Assembly: GCA_041690355.1 (NCBI GenBank)
Contig: JAWLHK010000012.1
Coordinates: 62,001 to 120,151, forward strand
Direction: 5' to 3'
Source of the DNA: a bacterium
Lineage (GTDB): Bacteria; J088; JAWLBW01
DNA length: 58,151 bases
In this document: positions 8,968-18,420 of the stretch, one piece after another
Layout: each line of letters begins with the position of its first letter
How positions within the stretch are numbered: position 1 is the first letter of the stretch
The notes under the pieces: model-generated
What the model was told of the DNA's origin: nothing
The model's database searches: none
Seen by the model: the letters and a program-made list of their open reading frames with translations, nothing else
Position numbers and translations under genes: made by a program

Positions 8968-9345
8968 ATGCTGCGTGAACTTCTCGTCGTGGCGGGCGGC
9001 GGTGCGGCCGGGGCCGTGGCGCGATATTTGGTCAGCGCCGCCGTGCAGTCGCGTACGGGGCCTGGATTTCCGTGGGGAACGCTCGTCGTGAATCTTTCCG
9101 GCGCGTTTCTGCTCGGACTGCTCGCCGAGGCGGCAACGCGCATGCCGGCACTCACGCCCGAGATGCGGCTTCTGCTCGCCACCGGCTTTCTCGGCGCCTT
9201 CACGACCTTCTCGACGCTCTCGCTCGAGAGCCTTGCCCTTCTGCGGAGCGGAGCCTTCGGAGCCTTCGCTGCAAACACGCTCGGTGGTCTCGCCCTCGGA
9301 CTCGCCGCCTGCTGGCTCGGCATGCTGGCCGCGCGCGCCCTTTAG
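8968..9345 (+). CDS. crcB: Fluoride efflux channel Fluc/CrcB
   Basis: GGAAGAVARY, FPWGTLVVN, TGFLGAFTTFST. Confidence 0.96.
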   Translation: MLRELLVVAGGGAAGAVARYLVSAAVQSRTGPGFPWGTLVVNLSGAFLLGLLAEAATRMPALTPEMRLLLATGFLGAFTTFSTLSLESLALLRSGAFGAFAANTLGGLALGLAACWLGMLAARAL

Positions 9346-9349
9346 AAGA

Positions 9350-9393
9350 ATGGCAGATTGCGGTTGGCAGATGGCAGATCCTTCGGAAAGGGC
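9350..9393. repeat. TGGCAGA heptamer array plus GAAAGGGC motif
   Basis: atggcagattgcggttggcagatggcaga followed by GAAAGGGC at 9386-9393. Confidence 0.75.
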
Positions 9394-9404
9394 ATGCCGC
9401 CGCG

Positions 9405-10133
9405 TCAGCCGCGGGCGCGGAAACGCCGGAACAGCAGAAAGCCAATCAGGCCCGACCATCCCCAGGCCGCCGCAAGCCAGAGCAGTGGAGCACAGGTCTC
9501 CCACTCCCAGAGCGCGCGGGCAATGGGCGCGGTGGGCACGAGGGTGAGCACCGCCTTCCACGTTCCCGATACGAAGGGGAGCAGGATGGGCGCAAAGAGC
9601 GGAACTCCCGCGGCTTTCATGACGGCGAGCCCCTGCACCTTGTTCTGTGCGAACGCGGCGAGGGTCATGGCATAGAGCGGCGCGAGGGGTGCGGCGGCGA
9701 GAGCGCCGACGGCAGCATGCAGGGGATTCTTCGCAAGGCCGGCGAGCAGGAGGCTTACGGCGCCGAGGACGAAGCAGAGCAGCGTGGGGGACGCGAGCCG
9801 CCAGAGTACGAAGCGCGCCAACGGCACCGGGGTCACGCGCAGAGCAGCCGAAGTACCCTCGTCGCGCTGGTCGAGAAAGAGAAAGCCGACGATCAGTCCG
9901 CACAGCGACGGCCCGATGAGCAGCAGGGCGTAGCCCATGAACATCGGGTACCAGACGAGCAGATCGCGGCCGATCAGCCCGCCAACGTGGGCGACGATGT
10001 CCGGCAGAACCTTACGCGCGAGCAGGGCGAGCCCGAGGGGAATCAGAAGGAGCCAGCGTAACAGGGCGTCGCGGCCCACCAGACGGGCGTCGGCAGCTGC
10101 GAAGGCGCGTATCGTCTGCAGAGTCGCGCTCAT
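9405..10133 (-). CDS. ABC exporter permease (fluoroquinolone-export type)
   Basis: Hydrophobic; GFLFLDQRDEGTSAALRVTP and AQNKVQGLAVMK motifs. Confidence 0.85.
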   Translation of the reverse strand: MSATLQTIRAFAAADARLVGRDALLRWLLLIPLGLALLARKVLPDIVAHVGGLIGRDLLVWYPMFMGYALLLIGPSLCGLIVGFLFLDQRDEGTSAALRVTPVPLARFVLWRLASPTLLCFVLGAVSLLLAGLAKNPLHAAVGALAAAPLAPLYAMTLAAFAQNKVQGLAVMKAAGVPLFAPILLPFVSGTWKAVLTLVPTAPIARALWEWETCAPLLWLAAAWGWSGLIGFLLFRRFRARG

Positions 10134-10840
10134 GCCGCCTCCCGTTCGCCGTCCTGCATGCTGCGGAGGGCGCGGCCGGCCAGGCGCGCGAGTACGCTCG
10201 CCCAGAGGACGAGGCTCAACGCTGCGAGCCAGAGGGAGTCACCGGTTGCGCCTGCCGGTTCGTAGGCTGCGCGGAGGAATTCCATGGCGGCCTGGATGGG
10301 GTGAATCACCAGGGCGGGGTGGTGCCACTGCAGAAGCCACGTCACGGTTGGGAGTGCGATGACGCTGCTCCAGAGCATGGACGGCATGAGAAACGTGTTG
10401 AGACTCGCGTGCCGGCTGACCGCGATGACGCCGAGAAAGATCAGAATCGCCATGCCTCCGATCAAGCCCAGGAGGAGCAAGATGGGGGCCGCGGGCAGGC
10501 CGGAGAGGATGAGCGCGACGAGCACGTTCTCGATGAGCCCGAGCACGAGCAGGCCTGCCGCGCGGGCGCCCAGCAGGCCTCGGGTCGACAGGGGGGTGAC
10601 CCGGCGCGCCTCGAGGGTGCCCTCATCGCGCTCGAGCAGGAAGAAGCCGCAGACGAAGTAGAAGCCGGCCATGAGCAGATTGCCGGCGAGCAGCGGCGGA
10701 AGCAGCCACTGAGCAGATCCGGTGATCAGGCCCCGCCCCACGGCGAGCCAGAAGAGAAGGACGAAGGCGGCGGCGTGATAGAACCCGGCGCGGTACTGCA
10801 GGCGCACGTCCCAGAGAAATGCAGAGATCACGGCCGTCAT
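10130..10840 (-). CDS. ABC exporter permease (fluoroquinolone-export type)
   Basis: DVRLQYRAGFY and LERDEGTLEARRVTP. ATGA overlaps with both neighbours. Confidence 0.85.
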   Translation of the reverse strand: MTAVISAFLWDVRLQYRAGFYHAAAFVLLFWLAVGRGLITGSAQWLLPPLLAGNLLMAGFYFVCGFFLLERDEGTLEARRVTPLSTRGLLGARAAGLLVLGLIENVLVALILSGLPAAPILLLLGLIGGMAILIFLGVIAVSRHASLNTFLMPSMLWSSVIALPTVTWLLQWHHPALVIHPIQAAMEFLRAAYEPAGATGDSLWLAALSLVLWASVLARLAGRALRSMQDGEREAA

Positions 10841-11688
10841 TGGAGGCTCCGTCCGGTGACGCGGCGGAAGATGTCGTCGAGCGTCGCTTCCTGCGTGTGG
10901 ATGGTCTGCACCCCGGTCTGCAGCGCCGCGAGAAAGGCGGCATTGGCTCCAAGATCGTCGAGCGGAAAATCGGTCTGCCGCAGGGCGCCGTCCACAACGG
11001 ATTCCACGCGAACCATCGGTTTGCCGTGCTGCAGTCTGAGCGCGCGCGGGCTGTCGATGAGGCGAATGGCGCCGTCGACGAGAAAGGCGACGCGATCGCA
11101 CAGTTCGTCGGCAAGGATCATGTTGTGCGTCGTGAGAAACACGGTTTTTCCCACGTCGCGTTGCGCCCGGATCAGCTCGCGGACGTTGTGCGCGTTCACC
11201 GGATCGAGCCCCGAAGTCGGCTCGTCGAGATAGAGGAGCCGGGGATCATGCAGCAGCGCCCGGGCAAGGTTGAGCCGGCTCTTCATCCCCTTGCTGAACT
11301 CGCTGACGCGCGTGTGGGCGTCGGCGGCCAGGCCGAGTCGGTCCAGAACGGTGAGCGGATCGTGGCCCGCCTGCGGATAGAGGGACTGAAAGTAGCGAAG
11401 GTTCTCGAGCGCGGTCAGGCGCAGGAAGTGGTTGGGGAGCTCGAAGCCGACCCCGATACCCGCATTGTCGGCCGCCCGCCACGCGTGAAGCTCGCGGCCG
11501 AGCACCTCGGCACGCCCCCGGTAGCCGCGCAGGAGGCCGATGAGAATCTTCTGGGTGGTCGACTTGCCGGCGCCGCTGGGACCGAGAAAGCCGAAGATTT
11601 CGCCGGGTTCCACCGTGAAGGAGAGATCGCGCACGGCCGGCCCGGCAGCCCCCGGATAGGTAAACGTCAGATTCTCGACACGGATCAT
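10837..11688 (-). CDS. ABC transporter ATP-binding protein
   Basis: GPSGAGKST, FSKGM signature, LDEPTSGLD, TTH. Confidence 0.95.
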   Translation of the reverse strand: MIRVENLTFTYPGAAGPAVRDLSFTVEPGEIFGFLGPSGAGKSTTQKILIGLLRGYRGRAEVLGRELHAWRAADNAGIGVGFELPNHFLRLTALENLRYFQSLYPQAGHDPLTVLDRLGLAADAHTRVSEFSKGMKSRLNLARALLHDPRLLYLDEPTSGLDPVNAHNVRELIRAQRDVGKTVFLTTHNMILADELCDRVAFLVDGAIRLIDSPRALRLQHGKPMVRVESVVDGALRQTDFPLDDLGANAAFLAALQTGVQTIHTQEATLDDIFRRVTGRSLQ

Positions 11689-12356
11689 TTGCGGACCCCT
11701 TTTGGCGCTGGTTTCGGCGCACGGGAGCGCGGGATCGGTTGCAAAGCCGGTTCGGCGGAGGAAGGTTCGAGCAGTCTCCTTACGACCAGGTCGACGTAGG
11801 TCTCGAGCACGGCGGCGTAGTCTTCGGAGGCGAAGTCGGTTTCGTGCAGCGAAAGAAAGAAGAGTCCGCGGATGAGCCCCGTGGCCAGGATGGTATCGAC
11901 GCGGATGCGCGCGCCGCCGCCGCGCAGGCGTTCGAGTAGTTCGGCGATGAAGACGTGATCGTCCTGCTGGTGGCGAGCGAGTACGTCGGGAGGAAGGCGG
12001 CGGGCAAGCGTGGCCATGGCGCCGGCGTCGAACGTATGAAGCAGCGGATGGGCCCGCCAGGCCTGCAGGGCGGCCAGCAGCGCACGGCGGAGAGCGGCCT
12101 GCGGATTTTCTCCGCCGGCGATGGTGCCGAAGACCGCTGTGCGTAAGCGCACCTCGAAGTCCTGCAGGATGGCGAGAAAGAGGTGCTCCTTGGACTCGAA
12201 GAAGAGGTAGAAGCCCCCCTTGGAGATACCGGCTTCGCGGGCGAGATCGGCGACGGTGGTCTTCGGCAGTCCGAGCCGCGCAAAAAGCGTGGTGCCGGCA
12301 TCGAGCAACCGGGCTCGCACCCGGGTTCGTTCATCGGCGGAAAAGGCTCTGGGCAT
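11685..12356 (-). CDS. TetR/AcrR family regulator
   Basis: TTVADLAREAGISKGGFYLFFESKEHLF HTH; first gene of the ABC operon. Confidence 0.93.
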   Translation of the reverse strand: MPRAFSADERTRVRARLLDAGTTLFARLGLPKTTVADLAREAGISKGGFYLFFESKEHLFLAILQDFEVRLRTAVFGTIAGGENPQAALRRALLAALQAWRAHPLLHTFDAGAMATLARRLPPDVLARHQQDDHVFIAELLERLRGGGARIRVDTILATGLIRGLFFLSLHETDFASEDYAAVLETYVDLVVRRLLEPSSAEPALQPIPRSRAPKPAPKGVRK

Positions 12357-12442
12357 CTATGACTCAATGAATACGACTGGTCACAGCGTAACAGAGGGAG
12401 CAGTCGGCCGCAAAGGGGTTTCCGTCTTCCGCTTTTCGCGGC

Positions 12443-12500
12443 TGTCCCCCTAGTCCCCCCAGTCCCCCTCTCCCCCACTCCCCCACTCCTCGCCCAGGAC
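12443..12500. repeat. TCCCCCAC-type octamer array
   Basis: tgtccccctagtccccccagtccccctctcccccactcccccactcc followed by the motif variant CCCAGGAC. Confidence 0.7.
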
Positions 12501-12623
12501 CCTCGCGGCAACCCCGACTGAATTGCTGCACTTATGTGCATCATTTTCCCTTGCGCCCGGTCGGATATCCCGCTAAGATGAGTGTAGATACAGGGAGACA
12601 ACCCTACTAAGTAAGTCGGAATT

Positions 12624-13049
12624 ATGGAACTCGCGACCCTTCTGCCGCCCCTCGCCGGCGGTCTGCTCATCGGACTGGCAACTTCACTGCTGCTGTGGTC
12701 CAACGGACGCCTCGCCGGCGTCAGCGGCGCCTTCGCCGATCTGCTCATGCCGTCGAAGGCGGGCACGTCCTGGCAGGGGACCTTTCTCAGCGGCCTGCTC
12801 GCCGGCGGCGCGCTCGTGGCGCTCGCGCGTCCCGAAGCGTACGGCCCGATGGTCGCATCGACCCCGGTGCTGGCCCTCGCCGGGCTGCTCGTCGGTTTCG
12901 GCACGCGGCTCGGCAACGGCTGCACGAGCGGTCACGGCGTGTGCGGCAACAGCCGGCTGTCTCCGCGGTCGCTGATCGCGACGGTGACGTTCATTGCGAG
13001 CGGCGCGCTGGTCGTGCTTCTGCTGCGCGTTTTCGGAGGTGCCGCATGA
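12624..13049 (+). CDS. YeeE/YedE family sulfur-compound transporter subunit
   Basis: [39 protein letters not shown]. Confidence 0.92.
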   Translation: MELATLLPPLAGGLLIGLATSLLLWSNGRLAGVSGAFADLLMPSKAGTSWQGTFLSGLLAGGALVALARPEAYGPMVASTPVLALAGLLVGFGTRLGNGCTSGHGVCGNSRLSPRSLIATVTFIASGALVVLLLRVFGGAA

Positions 13050-13495
13050 AAGCCCACCTGACCTCGTTTGCCAGCGGCGTTCTTTTTGCCATCGGCCTCG
13101 CGGTCGCGGGGATGACCGAGCCGTCGAAGGTCGTCGGTTTTCTCGATTTCTTCGGCGCCTGGGATCCGAGCCTGGCGCTGGTCATGGTCGGCGCCATCGG
13201 CGTGAACCTCGTGCTGTTCCGCCTGATTCAACGGCGCGAGCGCCCGCGGTTCGCCGTGCGCTTCTACCTGCCGACGCGCCGGGATATCGATGTCCGGCTG
13301 GTCGGGGGCGCCGCCATCTTCGGCGCCGGCTGGGGCCTGAGCGGCTTCTGCCCGGCCCCGAGCCTCATGTCGGTCGCGACCGGCAATGGCCCCGTGCTCG
13401 TCTTCGTTGCGACCATGGCGGCGGGCATGTTTCTGCACGCGGGCGTTGAACGGCTGCGGGTACGCCGCGAGCTACGGGTCGCGCAGGCGAGCTGA
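13046..13495 (+). CDS. YeeE/YedE family partner subunit (DUF6691-like)
   Basis: MKAHL..., [13 protein letters not shown]...[21 protein letters not shown] overlap with the upstream gene. Confidence 0.9.
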   Translation: MKAHLTSFASGVLFAIGLAVAGMTEPSKVVGFLDFFGAWDPSLALVMVGAIGVNLVLFRLIQRRERPRFAVRFYLPTRRDIDVRLVGGAAIFGAGWGLSGFCPAPSLMSVATGNGPVLVFVATMAAGMFLHAGVERLRVRRELRVAQAS

Positions 13496-13499
13496 GGTC

Positions 13500-13638
13500 A
13501 AGCGCCAAGCACTGAGCGCCAAGCGCCAACCGGCAAGGACCGGATCTCTGCAATGCCCGAAGGCCGTTGCCCACAAAGCGAGTACCTCTTGCACAAGGTA
13601 CTTGCGGCAAATCGTCAATCGTCAATCGTCAATCGTCA
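13500..13638. repeat. Chimeric element: AGCGCCA array / motif ... motif / TCGTCAA array
   Basis: Array 13500-13528, GCAAGGAC 13533-13540, GTACTTGC 13598-13605, array 13610-13638. Confidence 0.9.
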
Positions 13639-14764
13639 CTTGTAAATTTGCCTTCATCCACGTGGTGACGCGGGCGAGCACGGCGTCGATCTGCTTGCGC
13701 AGCGTGGGATCCATGCGGCCCACCGCCTCCCAGCGCAGATCGTTCCCCTGCAGATTCCACGCGGCCACCGGGCGCCCCTGGCGCAGCACGAGCGGGCGCG
13801 GCGTAACCGAGTGCGGGCGGAAGATCTTCGCGCCTTCGGGCGCCGTGCGTTCGAGCAGGTGCGGCTGATGCACGAAGAAGGGGTCCCGTCCCGGAAGCGC
13901 GAATACCGGGCCCTCGCGCGTCGCTTTGGTCTGCTTGAGGGAATCGGTGAACTGGCTGTGCACCATGAGCCCGCTCGCGCGGCTCCCGGCGAGCACGAGG
14001 TGGCTGAGCGGAAGTTCGCCCGCGTTGAGAATCGCTTCGCACTCGCGCACCGGCCAGCCCCCCCACCACGCCAGATCCTCGGCGTTGGCCACGTTGCCCC
14101 ACGCGAAGAAACGCTCGATGACGCGCAGGCGCGCCTCGAGCGGGTCGGCTTCGGCGGGGAGCAGCGAGCCGGCGAAACGGTGCGCGGCCGTCGCCCACCG
14201 GCCTAGATGCTCGTGCACCTCGCCGCGTTCTTCCATCTCCGTCAGCAGCAGGCTGAAGAAGCTGTCGTGGCCGCTGGCACGCCTGTTGAACGAGGCGTCT
14301 CCCTTGCGCGTCAGCTCCTGGGGGAGGGCCGCCAGCAGCTCCTCGCGCGTGCGCTCCCGGTTCCCCAGCTCAGAGAGAATGCGTTCGCGCCAGGCTTCTT
14401 TGCGTGAGGCGGGCACGTCGGCGGCGCGCCAGGCCGCCCGCCAGCGCTTCTCGAGCGCCGGGCCCGATGCGGCGACCGCCCAGGGAACCATGGATCGCTC
14501 CAAGATCATGCGCGCCCCGCGCACGGTGCGCACTTGCATGAGCGAGCCGGCCTTCAGGGCCTTTTCGAGGTCGCCCGGCGCTGCGTCGTATCCGCGCACG
14601 AAAAGGGCGAGCGCCGGAATGCCCGCCGCCGGCGGAAGCCAGCCGCAGGTGCGCACGGTGCGCACGAGATCGAGCTCGCCGCGGCGCACGAGCTGCTGCT
14701 GCTGAAGGCGCCACTGCAGATACGTGTCCAGCGTGGCCTGGAGCGTGGGAATGTATTTCGCCAT
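13622..14764 (-). CDS. Winged-helix HTH_42 (AlkZ/YcaQ-like) protein
   Basis: WRLQQQQL start, LALFVR, RTVRG, RFFAWG...DLAWWGGW, LPGRDPF and V-x-x-GRPVAAW pattern. Confidence 0.7.
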   Translation of the reverse strand: MAKYIPTLQATLDTYLQWRLQQQQLVRRGELDLVRTVRTCGWLPPAAGIPALALFVRGYDAAPGDLEKALKAGSLMQVRTVRGARMILERSMVPWAVAASGPALEKRWRAAWRAADVPASRKEAWRERILSELGNRERTREELLAALPQELTRKGDASFNRRASGHDSFFSLLLTEMEERGEVHEHLGRWATAAHRFAGSLLPAEADPLEARLRVIERFFAWGNVANAEDLAWWGGWPVRECEAILNAGELPLSHLVLAGSRASGLMVHSQFTDSLKQTKATREGPVFALPGRDPFFVHQPHLLERTAPEGAKIFRPHSVTPRPLVLRQGRPVAAWNLQGNDLRWEAVGRMDPTLRKQIDAVLARVTTWMKANLQVTIDD

Positions 14765-14869
14765 GGGAAAGATCGCAAAACGAATATTATATCGGCTCGG
14801 GCATGCGGGTACGAATTGCGTTCCCGAAGGCAGACGGATCCAAGCCCACGTGACCGCGGGATCGGCGGT

Positions 14870-15967
14870 TCACTGGAAGAAAGCCGCCCCCACCTCGTAG
14901 GCGATGAGCAGGATGATGATGATCTCGAGCCAGTGGCTGCGCGTCACGTCGACTTCGCCCTGGAGCAGGTCGGAGACGCGCGCGAGCAGGTTCATCTTGC
15001 GGGTCACGTTCTGCTGCCAGTCTGCCAGGCGGAAGCGGCGGCCGGCGGCGCGGAAAATGGTGGCCAGATAGAGATCGCCCACGACCTTGAGCGAGTTCTC
15101 GACGCGCTCGATGAACTCGGAGAGCTCGATGTAGCGGGCATTGGCTTCGCGGGTCAGGGCGGCGATGCGGCGCCCGAACAGACGCCCCCGGCGCACCTGA
15201 AAAGTGTCGTAGACGGCGTCGAGCCGGCGGTCGAGCAGGTCGTCGTAATAGCGCATCTCGAGCAGATGCGTGAGGGCGAACTCGAGCACGTCGGCGATGT
15301 CTCGCGAGCCGGTCGGCTCGAGCACGATCGCGCTGTTCCAGTCGACGATGGCCATGTCGTGCATGCCGTACTGAAAGACGCTGTCGAGAATCGGCCGGCG
15401 CGACGCATCGGCAAGTTCCTCTGCGCGCTCGGCAAGAATCAAGGCCGCCACGTCAACCTTCTCGAGCAGATCGGCGGCCTTGTCGATGCCGTCGACCTGT
15501 TCGAAGAAATAGATGACGTAGTCTTCGATGACGTTCCACGCGTGCCGATCGCTGAGCGCCGACTGCAGCACGTCGGCCAGCTCGCTCGCCCTGCGCTCAG
15601 CCACTTCGTCGATGTTGTTGTCGTCCTCGAGCAGCACGGCCTCGTCGAGCAGATCCTGCCAGGGCGTCGCTTCGGCGATGCGATGCTGAAAGATGATCGA
15701 GATGACGCCGTAATCCCACACCTTGGCGTAGGTCTCAATGCGCAGCAGCTGCGAGCCGATGCGCACCTGCGATTCTCCCAGGTTGAACGTGACGGGGGGG
15801 TTGCGCACGACGATGGCGCGGCTGCGGGTGGCGCGCGACGGGCGCAGGTTGACGCGCCCGGTCCCCTCGCGCAGCAGGCGCTGGACTTCGGCGAGGTCGA
15901 TCTCTTCGGCGAGATCGAAGAGACGATAGACGAGCACCGAGCCTTTCTGAATACGGACGTCCGACAT
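14870..15967 (-). CDS. Conserved protein of RMD1/DUF155 (CorA-like C-terminus) type
   Basis: YRLFDLAEEIDL, VDWNSA, LLEMRYYD, VGDLYLA, and C-terminal TM LEIIIILLIAYE. Confidence 0.7.
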   Translation of the reverse strand: MSDVRIQKGSVLVYRLFDLAEEIDLAEVQRLLREGTGRVNLRPSRATRSRAIVVRNPPVTFNLGESQVRIGSQLLRIETYAKVWDYGVISIIFQHRIAEATPWQDLLDEAVLLEDDNNIDEVAERRASELADVLQSALSDRHAWNVIEDYVIYFFEQVDGIDKAADLLEKVDVAALILAERAEELADASRRPILDSVFQYGMHDMAIVDWNSAIVLEPTGSRDIADVLEFALTHLLEMRYYDDLLDRRLDAVYDTFQVRRGRLFGRRIAALTREANARYIELSEFIERVENSLKVVGDLYLATIFRAAGRRFRLADWQQNVTRKMNLLARVSDLLQGEVDVTRSHWLEIIIILLIAYEVGAAFFQ

Positions 15968-16000
15968 TCCCTTCACGGTATCAGAGAAGCGGTCGGCCGG

Positions 16001-16948
16001 TCAGCGGGGAGGGTCGGAAAGGGGGGGCCTCAAGGCTGCCCGGGGCCAGGGGTTCCCGGCCGCGTCGCGCAGCACAAACCGCGGATCCAGCAGTTCACCC
16101 AGCGAGATCCGGTCGGGCGTCGCCCACCCGAGGCTTCGCGCCATGAAGGCCAGGGCCTGCTCGGGCGCCACGCCTTCGGTGCGCAGGTCGGCGATCAGGT
16201 AACCGCCCGAACGCTTGGCAAGCCGTTCACCCGCGTCGTCGAGCCAGAGGGGCACATGGTGCCAGCGCGGCGCGGGCCGGCCCAGCGCGCCGAAGAGGAG
16301 TATCTGGCGTGCCGTCGAGGCGAGCAGGTCGGCGCCGCGCACGACGTCGGTGATTTCCATATCGGCGTCGTCGCACACGACCGCCATCTGGTACGACGGC
16401 CATCCGTCGTTGCGCCAGACAATGAAATCGCCCACCTCGCGGGCGGCGTCCTGCGCTTGGCCCCCCAGAAGCCCGTCGGCGAAGCGGACCTCGGTTCCGC
16501 GCGGAACGTGGAAGCGCCACGCCCGCGGCCGTTCGGGATGCGAGAGCGCTTCGCGGCAGGTGCCCGGATAGACGGGCCCCTCTTCGCCGGCATGCGGCGC
16601 TCCCGCCGCGGCGAGCAGGTCCTTGCGGCTGCAGGTGCAAGGATAGACCCACGCTTCGGCCTGCCACCGCGCAAGGACCTCACGGTAGCGATCGAGCCGC
16701 TCGCTCTGCGTATAGGGTGCGAACGGGCCGCCGACGTCGGGGCCTTCGTCCCAGTCGAAGCCGAGCCAGCGCAGATCCTCGAAGATTCCGGCCGCGTACT
16801 CGGCCCGGCTGCGGCCCCGGTCGATATCTTCCATGCGCAGTACGAAGCGCCCCCCCGCGCGGCGCACCTGCAGCCAGGCGAGCAGGCAGGTGCGCAGATT
16901 CCCCAGGTGGAGGCGGCCGGTAGGACTGGGGGCAAAGCGGCCGCGCAT
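16001..16948 (-). CDS. gluQ: tRNA glutamyl-Q(34) synthetase GluQRS
   Basis: RFAPSPTGRLHLGN, CxC...YxGTC zinc site, VVRGADL, RLAKR; no anticodon-binding domain. Confidence 0.93.
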   Translation of the reverse strand: MRGRFAPSPTGRLHLGNLRTCLLAWLQVRRAGGRFVLRMEDIDRGRSRAEYAAGIFEDLRWLGFDWDEGPDVGGPFAPYTQSERLDRYREVLARWQAEAWVYPCTCSRKDLLAAAGAPHAGEEGPVYPGTCREALSHPERPRAWRFHVPRGTEVRFADGLLGGQAQDAAREVGDFIVWRNDGWPSYQMAVVCDDADMEITDVVRGADLLASTARQILLFGALGRPAPRWHHVPLWLDDAGERLAKRSGGYLIADLRTEGVAPEQALAFMARSLGWATPDRISLGELLDPRFVLRDAAGNPWPRAALRPPLSDPPR

Positions 16949-18309
16949 CACTCGGGGATCAGCTCGAGAGGATGTCCCGCGCGCAAGCGCACCCAGGGCT
17001 GCCATTTTTCGATGAAGGCCTTACGCGCCCGGCCTTTGACCGGCCGCGCGAGGGCCGCGCGAACGAGCCAGGTACCCTCGCCGGTCACCGGCTGAAAATA
17101 TTCGACGGCGCGCAGAGAGGGCTCGAGCATGCGCCACTCCTGCGTCAGCGCCGCCCCATCGAACCGGGGCGTCAGCGCGGCGGCTTCGGCGGCCTGGGCG
17201 CGCTGCTGTTCCACGGCGTCTTCGATGCGTCGCAGCGCCGTCTGCGAGTCGATGACCGATGACTGGAGCTTGTCGATCGTCTCACGCACGGCCGGCTCGA
17301 GGCTGGTCGTCTGCAGACGGATCTGCGTATCGGGCAGGCGCAGTTCGATCTCGGCCTGCAGGCTTTCGAGTTCCAGTTCAGAGGGGGATCCGAAGAGAAA
17401 GAGAGAGAGGTGCGGACGGTCGTCTTCTTTCACGTACTGCCAGTTCGCGACGCTGTAGCGTTCGCCGACCCACTCGACCACCTCGGTAGCCGCTTTGCGC
17501 CGGGCCGAGTCCATCGAGAGCTGATAGAGCGTCCAGGTGAGCGGCGCCAGAAAAACAATCGTCAGCGCGATCATGGTCGCCTTCGGCACGCGTTGCCCGC
17601 TCTCCTCCGACTGTTCGGCCAGGTGCATGCGGCGGAAGAGGAACAGCGAAGCGAGTACGATGGCGACGCCGTTCACGACGAAGAGATAGAAGGAACCGAG
17701 GGCGACGGACGGCTCGCCGTTCGCAATGCCGTAGCCGGTGGTGCAGAGCGGCGGCATGATGGCCGTGGCGATGGCCACGCCCGGCAGGGTGGCTGAGACG
17801 TCGCGGCTGGCCAGGGCGATGACGCCGGCGAGCGCCGCGGCCACCGCTACCGCGAGGTCGAGCAGGGTCGGCTGCGTTCGCGCCAGGAGCTCGGGAGTCA
17901 ATTCGTCGAGCGGCGTGAGCAGGAAGTACAGCGTGCTCACGAGCAGGCTGATGAACACCGAGACGCCGAGGTACTGAACCGAGATGATCGTCAGCCGCCG
18001 GTTGAGGGTCGCCATGGCATAGCCCATGCCGACGAGCGGCCCCATGAGCGGTGACACGAGCATGGCCCCGATGACCACTGCGGCGCTGTTGGTGTTCAGG
18101 CCGACCGAGGCGATGACGGCCGACGCCACGAGAAACCAGAGCCGCGCATTCTTGATGGCGACGAGGTTCTTCATGCTCTGCGCGACTTCTTCTTCGTCGG
18201 CGTCGAGCCGCAGGCGCGCCCACCAGCGCAGAATGCGCAGCAGGCGGGCCGGCGAGAAACGCGGCGCCGGTGATTCGGGCGGGACGGAGACGGGTTGCAT
18301 ATCGGGCAT
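16948..18309 (-). CDS. DUF389 family membrane protein
   Basis: IASVGLNTNSAAVVIGAMLVSPLMGP, ELLART-PT-LDL, PGVAIATAIMPPL. Confidence 0.9.
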   Translation of the reverse strand: MPDMQPVSVPPESPAPRFSPARLLRILRWWARLRLDADEEEVAQSMKNLVAIKNARLWFLVASAVIASVGLNTNSAAVVIGAMLVSPLMGPLVGMGYAMATLNRRLTIISVQYLGVSVFISLLVSTLYFLLTPLDELTPELLARTQPTLLDLAVAVAAALAGVIALASRDVSATLPGVAIATAIMPPLCTTGYGIANGEPSVALGSFYLFVVNGVAIVLASLFLFRRMHLAEQSEESGQRVPKATMIALTIVFLAPLTWTLYQLSMDSARRKAATEVVEWVGERYSVANWQYVKEDDRPHLSLFLFGSPSELELESLQAEIELRLPDTQIRLQTTSLEPAVRETIDKLQSSVIDSQTALRRIEDAVEQQRAQAAEAAALTPRFDGAALTQEWRMLEPSLRAVEYFQPVTGEGTWLVRAALARPVKGRARKAFIEKWQPWVRLRAGHPLELIPE

Positions 18310-18366
18310 AGTGTATCAGACGGGCCGCCGCCCGGTTCCCTGCACGGGCGCCGGGCGTCCACAAAG

Positions 18367-18402
18367 AAAAAGGCCCGGCGGACAACAAGTTCCGCCGGGC
18401 CT
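18367..18402 (-). terminator. Rho-independent terminator
   Basis: AGGCCCGGCGG...CCGCCGGGCCT hairpin followed by a T-run on the minus strand. Confidence 0.8.
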
Positions 18403-18420
18403 GCAGGAGAGAATCGGAGA

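Noticed and set aside
12385-12440. Possible c-di-GMP-I riboswitch (GGCCGCAAAG)
   Set aside because: The GNRA-capped P2 stem and the remaining consensus are missing.
12527-12540. TGCAC-N4-GTGCA palindrome upstream of the YeeE pair
   Set aside because: Too short to call an operator without comparative data.
14534-17095. Very long ORFs on the opposite strand (e.g. 14534-17095, 19510-22164, 28672-31176, 41190-43583, 4956-7043)
   Set aside because: These are antisense shadows of well-supported genes in GC-rich DNA and have no recognisable motifs.
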